Of a DNA stretch of 32,000 bases, positions 24,326 to 32,000 are shown one piece after another. Within the stretch, counting starts at the first letter, position 1; every line of letters begins with the position of its first letter. The stretch is from Desulfobulbus propionicus DSM 2032 (lineage in GTDB: Bacteria > Desulfobacterota > Desulfobulbia > Desulfobulbales > Desulfobulbaceae), in assembly GCF_000186885.1 (NCBI RefSeq), contig NC_014972.1, forward strand, positions 3,090,001 through 3,122,000, given 5' to 3'. The position numbers were made by a program, and so were the translations under genes. Under the pieces are notes generated by a model. That model was not told the origin of the DNA, made no database searches, and worked only from the letters and a program-made list of their open reading frames with translations.

Positions 24326-25603
24326 TCAGCCGCAGCCCGTCCCGCCGCCGGCACAGGCGCCTTTTGACGAGCATTTGCGCATCCGGCCCTTCAGGCTGGT
24401 CAAGCCCTTGCCGGTATAGACCGCCTCCAGTCCGCGCTCGATGAAACCGGCCATGGCCACCGGCTGAATGCCCCGTTTCTTGAGCATCTCCCTGGGCGAG
24501 TCGCCCAGATCGTTGACCAGGATGGCCCGGCAGTCGGCGAGGATGCGGCTGATATTGAACCAGCGCTGGATGCCGCCGCCGGCGGGCGGTGCCTGACGGT
24601 CCTCGATGTGGCGGTAGCCGCCCTGGCCGTCCTCGCCCCAGATCTGGAACCGGCTGGCCTCGCCCAGGTGTTGATTGACCAGCACCCCCTCCAGGGTCGC
24701 CACCGCCACATAGGGCCGAGCCGCCTCTTCCGGTTTGGGCAGCTGGGCACAGGCGCTGAGGCACCCACGGAACTCGTCGGTCTTGTCGTGATCCAGAAGG
24801 CCGACCGCATCGGCGCGGCACCGGGTGCAGTGGCGCATCTGCGGCAGGAACTGTTCGGCCGAATCGCGGATGCGCTCCATCATCTCTTTGCCCGGTTCCT
24901 GGATATGCTCAAAGGCGGTGTCCGCATTGGGAAACATGGCCATGCAGTTGAGCAAATCCACGCCCAGCTCCTTCATTGTGGCGGCCAGCACCGGCACATG
25001 GTGATCGTTGATGCCGGGGATGACGATGGTGTTGATCTTGACGGTGATGCCGTGCCGCTTGAGCAGGGCAATCGCCCGCAACTGACGGGCCAGGAGCAGC
25101 TCCGCCCCCTGAAGGCCGCGATACAGCACCTTGCCGTCGCGCACCCAGGCATAGATGTGCTGGCTGATCTCCGGATCGATGGCGTTGACGGTGATGGTCA
25201 CGTGGGAAACGCCGATCTCGGCCAGTTCCGGCACATGCGGCGCCAGGTGCATGCCGTTGGTGGAGAGGCAGAGGATCATCTCCGGATGGTGTGTGCGGAT
25301 CAACCGCATGGTGGCGAGCGTCTCGTCCGGGTTGGCGAACGGATCGCCCGGGCCGGCGATCCCCACCACCGAGATGCGCGGCTCCTTCTCCACCACCTTG
25401 TCCACATAGACCAGGGCCTGCTCGGGACTGAGTAGGGTCGAGGTGACGCCGGGCCGCGACTCGTTGACGCAGTCGAACTTGCGGTTGCAATAGTTGCACT
25501 GGATGTTGCACTTGGGCGCCACCGGCAGATGCACTCGGCCGTACTGGCCCTTGGCCTTGACGTTGAAGCAGGGGTGACGATTCAACTCTTTTTCGTTCAA
25601 CAT
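24326..25603 (-). CDS. nifB: NifB, radical-SAM FeMo-cofactor biosynthesis protein with a C-terminal NifX-like domain
   Basis: 425 aa. HPCFNVKAKGQYGRVHLPVAPKCNIQCNYCNRKFDCVNESRPGV (CxxxCxxC). The C-terminal part VAVATLEGVLVNQHLGEASRFQIW is NifX/NifY-like. AAAGGAA RBS. Starts 24 nt after the nifN stop. Confidence 0.92.
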   Translation of the reverse strand: MLNEKELNRHPCFNVKAKGQYGRVHLPVAPKCNIQCNYCNRKFDCVNESRPGVTSTLLSPEQALVYVDKVVEKEPRISVVGIAGPGDPFANPDETLATMRLIRTHHPEMILCLSTNGMHLAPHVPELAEIGVSHVTITVNAIDPEISQHIYAWVRDGKVLYRGLQGAELLLARQLRAIALLKRHGITVKINTIVIPGINDHHVPVLAATMKELGVDLLNCMAMFPNADTAFEHIQEPGKEMMERIRDSAEQFLPQMRHCTRCRADAVGLLDHDKTDEFRGCLSACAQLPKPEEAARPYVAVATLEGVLVNQHLGEASRFQIWGEDGQGGYRHIEDRQAPPAGGGIQRWFNISRILADCRAILVNDLGDSPREMLKKRGIQPVAMAGFIERGLEAVYTGKGLTSLKGRMRKCSSKGACAGGGTGCG

Positions 25604-25627
25604 AACGGGTTCCTTTGCCGTACGGGC

Positions 25628-27013
25628 TCACATGTAGAAATAGCCGACTGGGCTATCGTCCTGTTTTTTCTCGATCAGGGCGTTGGTCACGGTGTCGAAC
25701 AGTTGCTGGGCACCGCTGTAACCGAGATGGAGGATGCGCTGGCCGCCGATCCGGTCGTGGATGGGGAAGCCGACCCGGATGAGCGGGATATCGAGTTTCT
25801 TGGCCAGCGGATAACCCTTGGAGTGACCGACCACCAGATCGATATTCATCTGCCCGGCCATCTCGTTGATCTCGTAAAAATCCACGTCTTCAAAGACCTG
25901 GGGCTGTTCAAGCAAGGTGTCGCCAGTGACGGCGGCAATGGCTTCTTTCAGTTTACCCGAGGTGCCGCCCGTGGCGCAGAGCACCGGCTGGATGCCGATC
26001 TCGGCCAGGAAGGCGCACAGGCCGACGACCAGGTCCTCTTCGCCGTAGACCACGGCCCTCTTGCCAAAGACATACTTGTGGCCATCCACATAGGCGTCGA
26101 CCAGGCGACCGCGCTGTTTGACGTACTTCTCGGGGGTCGGCTGACCACTGAGTTCTTCGAGCAGGTTAAAGAAGACATCGGTTTCACGGATGCCGATGGG
26201 CATGCCGATGCGGTGGTGCATGACGCTGAACTTCTCGCGGAGCACATCGCCAGCGGTTGTCATGGCCCCGAGCGTCGTGCCGAACTCGATGGTCGCCTTG
26301 GCCCGTCCCATGGCCTTGATCGCCGCAATCGGCGTGCCGCCACCCTGGATTTTCTCGTATTCGAGCAGGGCCGGACCATCCATGGTCTCGGAGAGATCGG
26401 GGAGCACGGTGGCGTTGAGGCCAAAATCAGCGAGAATCTCATGGAGCAGACGATAATCGGCCGAGCTGACAAAGCCGGGCAGGAGGTTGACCGTCTCGCT
26501 GCGCGGCCCGCCCTCGCTCAACTGGGCCACCACCTCGCGCACCGCGGTCTGGAACCCCTCCATGTGGGTGCCCGAATAGCTGGGGGTGGAGACATTGACA
26601 AAGGTGGGCAGTCCCACCGAACCCTTGGTGTCCTCGGCGTACTGGCGCAGATACATGGCCACGTCGTCGCCGATGGTCTCGGTCAGGCAGGTGGTGGCGA
26701 TGCCGATCAGTTCCGGCCGGTATTTGGCGGCCACATTGGTCAGCCCCAACTTGAGGTTCGGCCCGCCGCCGTAAACCGCATGCTTCTCGGAGAGCGAGGA
26801 AGAGGCGATGTCGATCGGCTCGTTGTAGTGGCTGATGATGTAGCGCCGCATGTAGGTGGCGCATCCCTGGGAGCCGTGCAGGTAGGGCACCGCGCCTTCG
26901 ATGCCCTTGAAGGCCAGGCAGGCGCCGAGCGGTTTGCACAGCTTGCAGGCGTTGGTGGTGGAGAGGTAGTTGGGTTTCTTCGGTTTATTGAAGGTGGGCG
27001 GATTGGTGCTCAT
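25628..27013 (-). CDS. nifN: NifN-like nitrogenase cofactor scaffold beta subunit (component-1 oxidoreductase family)
   Basis: 461 aa. KLCKPLGACLAFKGIEGAVPYLHGSQGCATYMRRY and TTCLTETIGDD. Called NifN from its position between a NifE-like gene and nifB. The sequence itself is also NifK-like, so this needs phylogeny. Confidence 0.75.
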   Translation of the reverse strand: MSTNPPTFNKPKKPNYLSTTNACKLCKPLGACLAFKGIEGAVPYLHGSQGCATYMRRYIISHYNEPIDIASSSLSEKHAVYGGGPNLKLGLTNVAAKYRPELIGIATTCLTETIGDDVAMYLRQYAEDTKGSVGLPTFVNVSTPSYSGTHMEGFQTAVREVVAQLSEGGPRSETVNLLPGFVSSADYRLLHEILADFGLNATVLPDLSETMDGPALLEYEKIQGGGTPIAAIKAMGRAKATIEFGTTLGAMTTAGDVLREKFSVMHHRIGMPIGIRETDVFFNLLEELSGQPTPEKYVKQRGRLVDAYVDGHKYVFGKRAVVYGEEDLVVGLCAFLAEIGIQPVLCATGGTSGKLKEAIAAVTGDTLLEQPQVFEDVDFYEINEMAGQMNIDLVVGHSKGYPLAKKLDIPLIRVGFPIHDRIGGQRILHLGYSGAQQLFDTVTNALIEKKQDDSPVGYFYM

Positions 27014-27043
27014 GATGGTCTCCTTGCGCGTTGAAAGCGGAGG

Positions 27044-28402
27044 TCAACGGGTTGATGGGGCGCTTTTCTTGCGCGGGACAAACTGCCAGACCGGGCTCAT
27101 CACCGAGGAATAGACCTCGCGGGCAAAGTTGAGCATGCCCTCGAATCCGGCCAGGGCCTCCTTGCGCTCGTGGTTGTGGTCGCAGAAACCGATGCCCAGC
27201 TTGTAGGCGATGGGCCGCTCCTTGACCCCGCCGACGAACACGTCCACCTCCTTTTCCTTGAGGAAGGTGGTCAGCTCGAGCGGATTGGAGTCGTCGACGA
27301 TGATGGTGCCCGGATCGGTGATCGCCGCCAGTTCGATGTAGTCTTCCTTGGTGCCGGTCTGGGAGCCGACCATCACCACCTGCATGTCGATGAGGCGGAA
27401 GGCCTTGACCAGGGAGAAGGCCTTGAACGAACCGCCGACGTAGATGGCCGCCTTCTTGCCGGCCAGGGCCTGGCGGTAGGGCTCCAGCGCCACGGCCAGC
27501 TGCTTGACCTCCTCCTCGACGATCTTTTTCGTTCGTTCCATCATCTCGGGATCCTTGAAGAAACGGGCGATGTCGTAGAGGGCCTCGGCCATGTCCTCGA
27601 TACCGAAGTAGGAGACGCGAATGGACGGAATCCCGTATTTTTCCTCCATCATGTTGGCCAGCTGCATGGTCGAACCCGAACACTGGACCACGTTGAGGGC
27701 GGCGCCATGGGCCCGCTGGATGTCGGCTACCCGGCCATCGCCGGTGATGTTGGCCACCACCTCGATGCCCATGCGCTGGTAGTAGTCGCGGATCATCCAG
27801 ATCTCGCCGGCGAGGTTGAAGTCGCCGAGGATGTTGAGGGAATAGTTGGAGATACCGGTGGTGTCGCCGGTGCCGATCAGGCGAAAGAGCGCATCGCAGG
27901 CGGCCTGATACCCGGCGCGCTTGTTGCCCTTGAACCCTTCGGACTTGACCGGGATCACCGGGATGCCGTATTCGATGGCCACCTGGCGGCAGACCGCTTC
28001 CAAGTCATCGCCGATGATGCCGACGATGCAGGTCGAATAGACAAAGGCCGCCTTGGGTGAATGGCGCTCGATCAACTCGCGCAGGGCGGCGGCCAGCTTT
28101 TTCTCGCCGCCGAAGATGACGTCCTTCTCCTGCAAGTCAGTGGAAAAGCTCAGGCGATGCAGTTCTGGGCCGGACGACAGGGCGCCGCGGATATCCCAGG
28201 TATAGACCGCGCAGCCGATGGGGCCATGCACCAGGTGCACCGCGTCGGCAATCGGGTAGAGCACCACCCGTGAGCCGCAGAACACGCAGGCCCGCTGACT
28301 GACCGCGCCGGCCAGACTGTCCTTGTTGCAGACGATATCAAACGGCGCCTCGCCTTTGACGAATATCTGCTGTTCCCGTTCCTTGAGCGCCACTGCTTCC
28401 AT
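27044..28402 (-). CDS. nifE: NifE-like nitrogenase cofactor scaffold alpha subunit
   Basis: 452 aa. ACVFCGSRVVLYPIADAVHLVHGPIGCAVYTWDIRG, STCIVGIIGDD, LNVVQCSGS and MEEKYGIPSIRVSYFGIEDMAEALYDIARFF. The C-terminal DHNHERKEALAGFEGM matches the NifE ERK pattern rather than the NifD His442 region. The start at 28402 is preceded by AAGGGGGA; the ORF-track start at 28522 is rejected. Confidence 0.85.
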   Translation of the reverse strand: MEAVALKEREQQIFVKGEAPFDIVCNKDSLAGAVSQRACVFCGSRVVLYPIADAVHLVHGPIGCAVYTWDIRGALSSGPELHRLSFSTDLQEKDVIFGGEKKLAAALRELIERHSPKAAFVYSTCIVGIIGDDLEAVCRQVAIEYGIPVIPVKSEGFKGNKRAGYQAACDALFRLIGTGDTTGISNYSLNILGDFNLAGEIWMIRDYYQRMGIEVVANITGDGRVADIQRAHGAALNVVQCSGSTMQLANMMEEKYGIPSIRVSYFGIEDMAEALYDIARFFKDPEMMERTKKIVEEEVKQLAVALEPYRQALAGKKAAIYVGGSFKAFSLVKAFRLIDMQVVMVGSQTGTKEDYIELAAITDPGTIIVDDSNPLELTTFLKEKEVDVFVGGVKERPIAYKLGIGFCDHNHERKEALAGFEGMLNFAREVYSSVMSPVWQFVPRKKSAPSTR

Positions 28403-28446
28403 GATCAATCCCCCTTCACTGGATGACAACTGTCTTGCCCCTTCAA

Positions 28447-28462
28447 GGCAATCCACGTGCCA
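28447..28462 (-). promoter_or_regulatory. Sigma-54 (-24/-12) promoter of nifENB
   Basis: Minus strand reads TGGCAC-GTGGA-TTGCC, matching the consensus TGGCAC-N5-TTGCW. The predicted TSS is near 28436, 34 nt upstream of the nifE start. An A/T tract (28471-28495) lies just upstream. Confidence 0.65.
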
Positions 28463-28498
28463 CGGCGGCATTTTTTTAAAAAACGCATAAAACTGGAA

Positions 28499-28514
28499 TG
28501 TTACACAGAAAACA
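28499..28514. promoter_or_regulatory. TGT-N10-ACA motif (NifA-type UAS candidate 1)
   Basis: TGTTACACAGAAAACA, centred about -71 relative to the predicted TSS. This is a low-information motif and rather close to the promoter for a UAS. Confidence 0.35.
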
Positions 28515-28548
28515 CAGGACATTCACCGTACCGGGGCGTCCTGGTTTT

Positions 28549-28564
28549 TGTCGGACGATCAACA
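28549..28564. promoter_or_regulatory. TGT-N10-ACA motif (NifA-type UAS candidate 2)
   Basis: TGTCGGACGATCAACA, centred about -121 relative to the predicted TSS and 50 bp from candidate 1. Confidence 0.4.
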
Positions 28565-28848
28565 AAAATGAAGAGAGAGGACGATTTTGTCAGGCAGCGG
28601 TCTGATCTTTCGTCGAAGAAAGGGGCAGCCGCTGTTGGCCACCTCGCGAGTGCGGGGCGTGAAGGGTTGATTGCCAACGCCTTGGACAGATCAAGCGGAG
28701 ATGAATGGCTAACCAGTTGCAACAAAAGAAAAATCAACGATTGAAAACACTTGACCCAACTGGCGGAGTCTGCCATTGTGGAAAAGCGCCACCGCAAAAG
28801 GCGCCTCCCGGCCCTGCTCAAAACCCACCTCAACCGGAACCCGCTCCC

Positions 28849-29211
28849 ATGGCCAAGAACGTATTGATTGTCGAGGACGAAAAACTGATCGGCCTGATGC
28901 TGGCTGAAAACGTCAAGGAATTGGGCTGCCGGGTGATCGGGGTGGTGACCAACGGTCAGGCGGCGGTGCGGGCGGTGCGCAATGAACGGCCGGATGCGAT
29001 TCTCATGGACATCAGTCTCGACGGCACCGTGGATGGCATCGAGACCGCCCGGATGATCAAGGCCGAAGGGGACATTCCCATCCTCTTCTTCACCGGGTAC
29101 CAGGACCCGGACCTGTTATCGCGGGCCGACGCGGTCAAGCCGGTGGGCATCGTCGACAAGCTCGACACCACCGAAAACATCCGCGAAGCCATCCGCGCGT
29201 TGCTGCGATAA
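28849..29211 (+). CDS. Stand-alone CheY-like receiver-domain response regulator
   Basis: 120 aa. VLIVEDEKL (acidic pocket), PDAILMDISLDG (phospho-acceptor Asp) and AVKPVG (conserved Lys). No output domain. The Pro-rich ORF-track extension from 28705 is rejected. Confidence 0.85.
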   Translation: MAKNVLIVEDEKLIGLMLAENVKELGCRVIGVVTNGQAAVRAVRNERPDAILMDISLDGTVDGIETARMIKAEGDIPILFFTGYQDPDLLSRADAVKPVGIVDKLDTTENIREAIRALLR

Positions 29212-29316
29212 GCCAACGCCGCGGCCTACCGCCGACACCGTGCTCTTTTCCTGTTTTTCTGCTACGATCGTTTGCATCAATCAGCAAACAACCAAGGCGC
29301 GTGGGGAGGGCAGGCG

Positions 29317-30447
29317 ATGATCATCGGGGTGCTCAAGGAAATCAAGGCAGAGGAAAATCGCGTCAGCATGACGCCGTCGGGAGTGGAAGTGCTGGTGCAC
29401 AGCGGCCATCGGGTGCTGGTGGAACAAGGCGCCGGTGTGGGCAGCGATTTTGACGACGCACAGTACGCGCACGCCGGGGCCGAGCTGGTGTCAATTCCGG
29501 CGGCGATCTATGCCCAGGCGGAAATGGTCATGCACGTCAAGGAGCCGTTGCCGCCGGAGTACGAACTGATCCGCGAAGGACAGGTGCTGTTCACCTACTT
29601 TCATTTCGCCGCCTCCGAGGAACTGACCCGGGCGATGCTGGCCCGGCGGGCGGTGTGCATTGCCTACGAAACCATCACCGACCAACAGGGCGCCCTGCCG
29701 CTCTTGACGCCGATGAGCGAGATCGCCGGACGAATGGCGGCCCAGGAGGCGGCCAAGTATTTGGAACGCGGTCAAGGCGGCCGCGGCATCCTCATGGGCG
29801 GAGTGCCCGGGGTGACGCCGGCGACGGTGCTGGTGCTCGGTGGCGGCACGGTCGGGGCGGAAGCGGCGCGGGTTGCCTGCGGGCTCGGAGCCATGGTTTT
29901 CCTGCTCGACACCAGCCTGCCCCGTTTGCGACACCTGGCCGAAATCATGCCGAAAAACTGCATTCCCCTGATGTCCTCGCCGGCGACTATCCGTGAACTG
30001 GCCCCCAAGGCGGATGCGATCATCGGCGCGGTTCTCGTGCCCGGCGCCAAGGCTCCCCGACTGATCAGCCGCGACTTGCTGGCGTCGATGAAAAAGGGGG
30101 CGGTGCTGGTCGATGTGGCCATCGACCAGGGGGGCTGTTTCGAGACATCGCGGCCCACCACCCATGACCAGCCGGTGTTCGAGATCGACGGCATCCTTCA
30201 CTACTGCGTGGCCAACATGCCCGGCGCGGTGCCCCTGACCTCGACCCTGGCCCTGACCAACGCCACTCTGCCCTACGCCCTGACCCTGGCCAAGAAAGGC
30301 TGGCAACGGGCGGCGCTGGACGATGCGGGCATCGGCCGGGGCATCAACATGGCGGCCGGCCGGATCACCTGTCAGGGCGTGGCCGAGGCCTTTGGCCTGC
30401 CCCATTGTCCACTGGAAACAGTGCTGGGCCGGGAGAGAACGGTGTGA
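29317..30447 (+). CDS. ald: Alanine dehydrogenase
   Basis: MIIGVLKEIKAEENRVSMTPSGV..., Rossmann VLVLGGGTVGAEAA, and HYCVANMPGAVP. GGGGAGGG RBS upstream of the ATG at 29317. Confidence 0.93.
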   Translation: MIIGVLKEIKAEENRVSMTPSGVEVLVHSGHRVLVEQGAGVGSDFDDAQYAHAGAELVSIPAAIYAQAEMVMHVKEPLPPEYELIREGQVLFTYFHFAASEELTRAMLARRAVCIAYETITDQQGALPLLTPMSEIAGRMAAQEAAKYLERGQGGRGILMGGVPGVTPATVLVLGGGTVGAEAARVACGLGAMVFLLDTSLPRLRHLAEIMPKNCIPLMSSPATIRELAPKADAIIGAVLVPGAKAPRLISRDLLASMKKGAVLVDVAIDQGGCFETSRPTTHDQPVFEIDGILHYCVANMPGAVPLTSTLALTNATLPYALTLAKKGWQRAALDDAGIGRGINMAAGRITCQGVAEAFGLPHCPLETVLGRERTV

Positions 30448-30570
30448 AATCTGGCCGCGCAAGGCAAGACACGAGCACGGAGACAAAACCTACGAGCGCA
30501 GGCCAGACACCACCGACGGCGGGCAAGGAGAGAGGCGAAAAAACCCGCCGCCAATGGTGCAAGAGGGGGG

Positions 30571-31260
30571 TTAGTTCTCCGGAGTACCGATAAAGCGATA
30601 CACCACGGCGCCGAGCAGGGCACCAACGATCGGAGCCACCCAGAACAGCCACAGCTGGGCCAGCGCCCAGTCACCCACATAGAGAGCCACGCCCAGGCTC
30701 CGGGCCGGATTGACCGAGGTGTTGGTCACCGGGATGCTGATCAGGTGGATCAGGGTCAGGCACAGGCCGATGGCGATTGGGGCCATGCCCTGCGGCGCCC
30801 GCTGGTCGGTGGACCCGAGGATGACCAGCAGGAACATCATGGTCATCACCACTTCAGTGATCAGCGCGGCCACCATCGAATAGCCGCCCGGCGAATGCGC
30901 CCCGTACCCGTTGGAGGCAAACCCGGCCGACACCTCAAATCCCGCCTTGCCGCTGGCGATCAAATACAGTACCCCGCCGGCCAGCACGCCCCCGATCACC
31001 TGGGCGGCGATGTACGGCAACAGCTGATTCGCCGGGAAACGGCCGCCGGCCCACAGTCCAATCGAAACCGCCGGATTGAGATGGCAGCCGGAGATGTGGC
31101 CGATGGCATAGGCCATGGTCAGCACGGTCAGGCCAAAGGCGAACGAGACCCCGAGCAAGCCGATGCCGACTTCCGGAAAGGCCGCCGCCAGCACCGCGCT
31201 GCCACACCCGCCAAGAACCAGCCAAAACGTACCGAAAACTTCCGCAACATACTTTTTCAT
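30571..31260 (-). CDS. aqpZ: Aquaporin Z
   Basis: 229 aa with two NPA boxes (HLNPAVS, SVNPARS). The N-terminus [20 protein letters not shown] is typical of AqpZ. AAGGAGGA RBS. The ORF-track start at 31593 is rejected. Confidence 0.95.
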   Translation of the reverse strand: MKKYVAEVFGTFWLVLGGCGSAVLAAAFPEVGIGLLGVSFAFGLTVLTMAYAIGHISGCHLNPAVSIGLWAGGRFPANQLLPYIAAQVIGGVLAGGVLYLIASGKAGFEVSAGFASNGYGAHSPGGYSMVAALITEVVMTMMFLLVILGSTDQRAPQGMAPIAIGLCLTLIHLISIPVTNTSVNPARSLGVALYVGDWALAQLWLFWVAPIVGALLGAVVYRFIGTPEN

Positions 31261-31409
31261 GCCTTGATCCTCCTTTGCAGGATATGAGGGAAAATGGAAC
31301 GGGAAGATGATGGTTGAAGGTAGCGGGGAACAACGGCAATGTACAGTAAATTTCCGGTAAATGTGGTACCCGATCGGACACTTGGCGGCCCGGATCGAGG
31401 GTGAGGGAA

Positions 31410-32000
31410 TCAGACCAGCAGGGCGCGCAGACGGCGGAGGTTTTCCACATCCTCGGCCAGGTCGGGGCCCTTGTCGGTCTCCAGGGTCATGGGATGGTGG
31501 CGGAAACGGGGATCGTTGAGCAGCAGGCGAAACCCCTCCAGGCCGATCTGGCCTTGACCGATGTGCGCGTGGCGGTCGATCCGGCTGCCGCAATCTTTTT
31601 TAGCATCGTTGAGATGGAAGAAGTGGACAGAATCGATGCCGACATGGCGCGCCAATTCCGTCATGGTTCGCGCGTAGCCGGCGGCGTCACGCAGGTCGTA
31701 GCCGGCGGCGAAAATATGGCAGGTATCGACGCAAACGCCGAGATGTGCCGGGTAGCGGTTATGGGCAAGCAGCCACCCCAGCTCCTCGAAGCGGCTGCCG
31801 AGCGAAGTCCCCTGACCGGCGGTGGTTTCCAGCAGCACAACGAGGGACGAGTCGAGTGCTCCCGAGTGTTCCAGGGCCTGGTCCAGATTGCGTGCCACCG
31901 CGGTCAGCCCGGCCTCGATGCCGGCGCCGCCGTGACTGCCGGGATGGATCACCACCGCCTCGATACCCAGCTGGCGGCAACGCGCCAGTTCCTCGGCAAA
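31410..32000 (-). CDS. nfo: Deoxyribonuclease IV / endonuclease IV (AP endonuclease family 2), 5'-partial with the N-terminus beyond the window end
   Basis: [23 protein letters not shown]...[13 protein letters not shown]...[14 protein letters not shown]...[26 protein letters not shown]. The frame stays open to position 32000. Confidence 0.9.
   Translation of the reverse strand, partial: FAEELARCRQLGIEAVVIHPGSHGGAGIEAGLTAVARNLDQALEHSGALDSSLVVLLETTAGQGTSLGSRFEELGWLLAHNRYPAHLGVCVDTCHIFAAGYDLRDAAGYARTMTELARHVGIDSVHFFHLNDAKKDCGSRIDRHAHIGQGQIGLEGFRLLLNDPRFRHHPMTLETDKGPDLAEDVENLRRLRALLV

Noticed and set aside
25529-28060. Long plus-strand ORFs (25529-27034, 27170-28060) opposite nifN and nifE, and the 24608-25435 ORF opposite nifB
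   Set aside because: These are shadow ORFs. The minus-strand frames carry the Nif motifs and good RBSs.
25628-28402. The possibility that the two component-1 genes are nitrogenase structural genes NifD/NifK rather than NifE/NifN
   Set aside because: The alpha-type protein matches NifE-specific stretches (GPIGCA..W, MEEKYGIP...FGIEDMAEALYDIARFF, ERK instead of the NifD His442 region). The gene order E-N-B is also canonical. The beta-type protein is ambiguous, so the question is kept as a finding rather than a call.
28705-28848. Pro-rich N-terminal extension of the response regulator ORF (and the 28457-28744 95-aa ORF)
   Set aside because: No homology-like features are present. The receiver domain begins at the Met at 28849. 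The region is better explained as the divergent regulatory DNA.
30571-31593. 340-aa ORF-track version of aqpZ
   Set aside because: The 111-residue N-terminal extension is Pro/Arg-rich and overlaps the 3' end of nfo. AqpZ similarity and a strong AAGGAGGA RBS define the start at 31260.

Overview
This is a GC-rich bacterial chromosomal segment. By eye, its proteins (GroEL, FprA-type flavodiiron protein, NifE/N/B, a PEP-CTERM protein) and a sigma-54 promoter resemble an anaerobic Desulfobacterota (deltaproteobacterial) genome; that is inference only, as no search was run.

Layout:
- 1-3749: the right-hand part of a visibly lower-GC integrative element (HUH Rep-like gene, serine recombinase, tyrosine integrase). 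It abuts the 3' end of a tRNA-Met(CAT) gene at 3750-3826, and its left end lies outside the window.
- 4014-11441: core genes, namely groES-groEL, ilvE, a methyl-accepting chemotaxis protein, a FUN14-like membrane protein, and a DUF486/DMT membrane protein with a CDA-family deaminase.
- 11703-15962: a 1,419-aa ORF. Its C-terminal ~500 aa are the ATP-grasp and phosphohistidine swivel domains of pyruvate phosphate dikinase/PEP synthase. It lacks the PEP/pyruvate TIM-barrel domain and instead carries ~900 aa of unrecognisable helical sequence at the N-terminus.
- 16065-19007: copA, a P1B-type ATPase with three HMA domains, followed by an unknown polytopic membrane protein.
- 20195-22304: flavodiiron protein, DUF1653 protein and a glycine-zipper lipoprotein.
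- ~22440-24100: a strongly AT-rich islet with a PEP-CTERM secreted protein, followed by a degraded IS5-family transposase.
- 24326-28402: a nifE-nifN-nifB operon on the minus strand. It has a good sigma-54 -24/-12 promoter and two TGT-N10-ACA motifs, and there is no nifHDK in the window.
- 28849-32000: a receiver-only response regulator, ald, aqpZ and a 5'-partial nfo.

No rRNA and no CRISPR array were found.

The most interesting candidates are the truncated-PPDK-like giant protein, the stand-alone nifENB unit bordered by an IS remnant, the tRNA-linked element carrying three different DNA-processing enzymes, and the AT-rich PEP-CTERM islet. All calls come from reading the sequence and the ORF track, with family assignments made by motif recognition.
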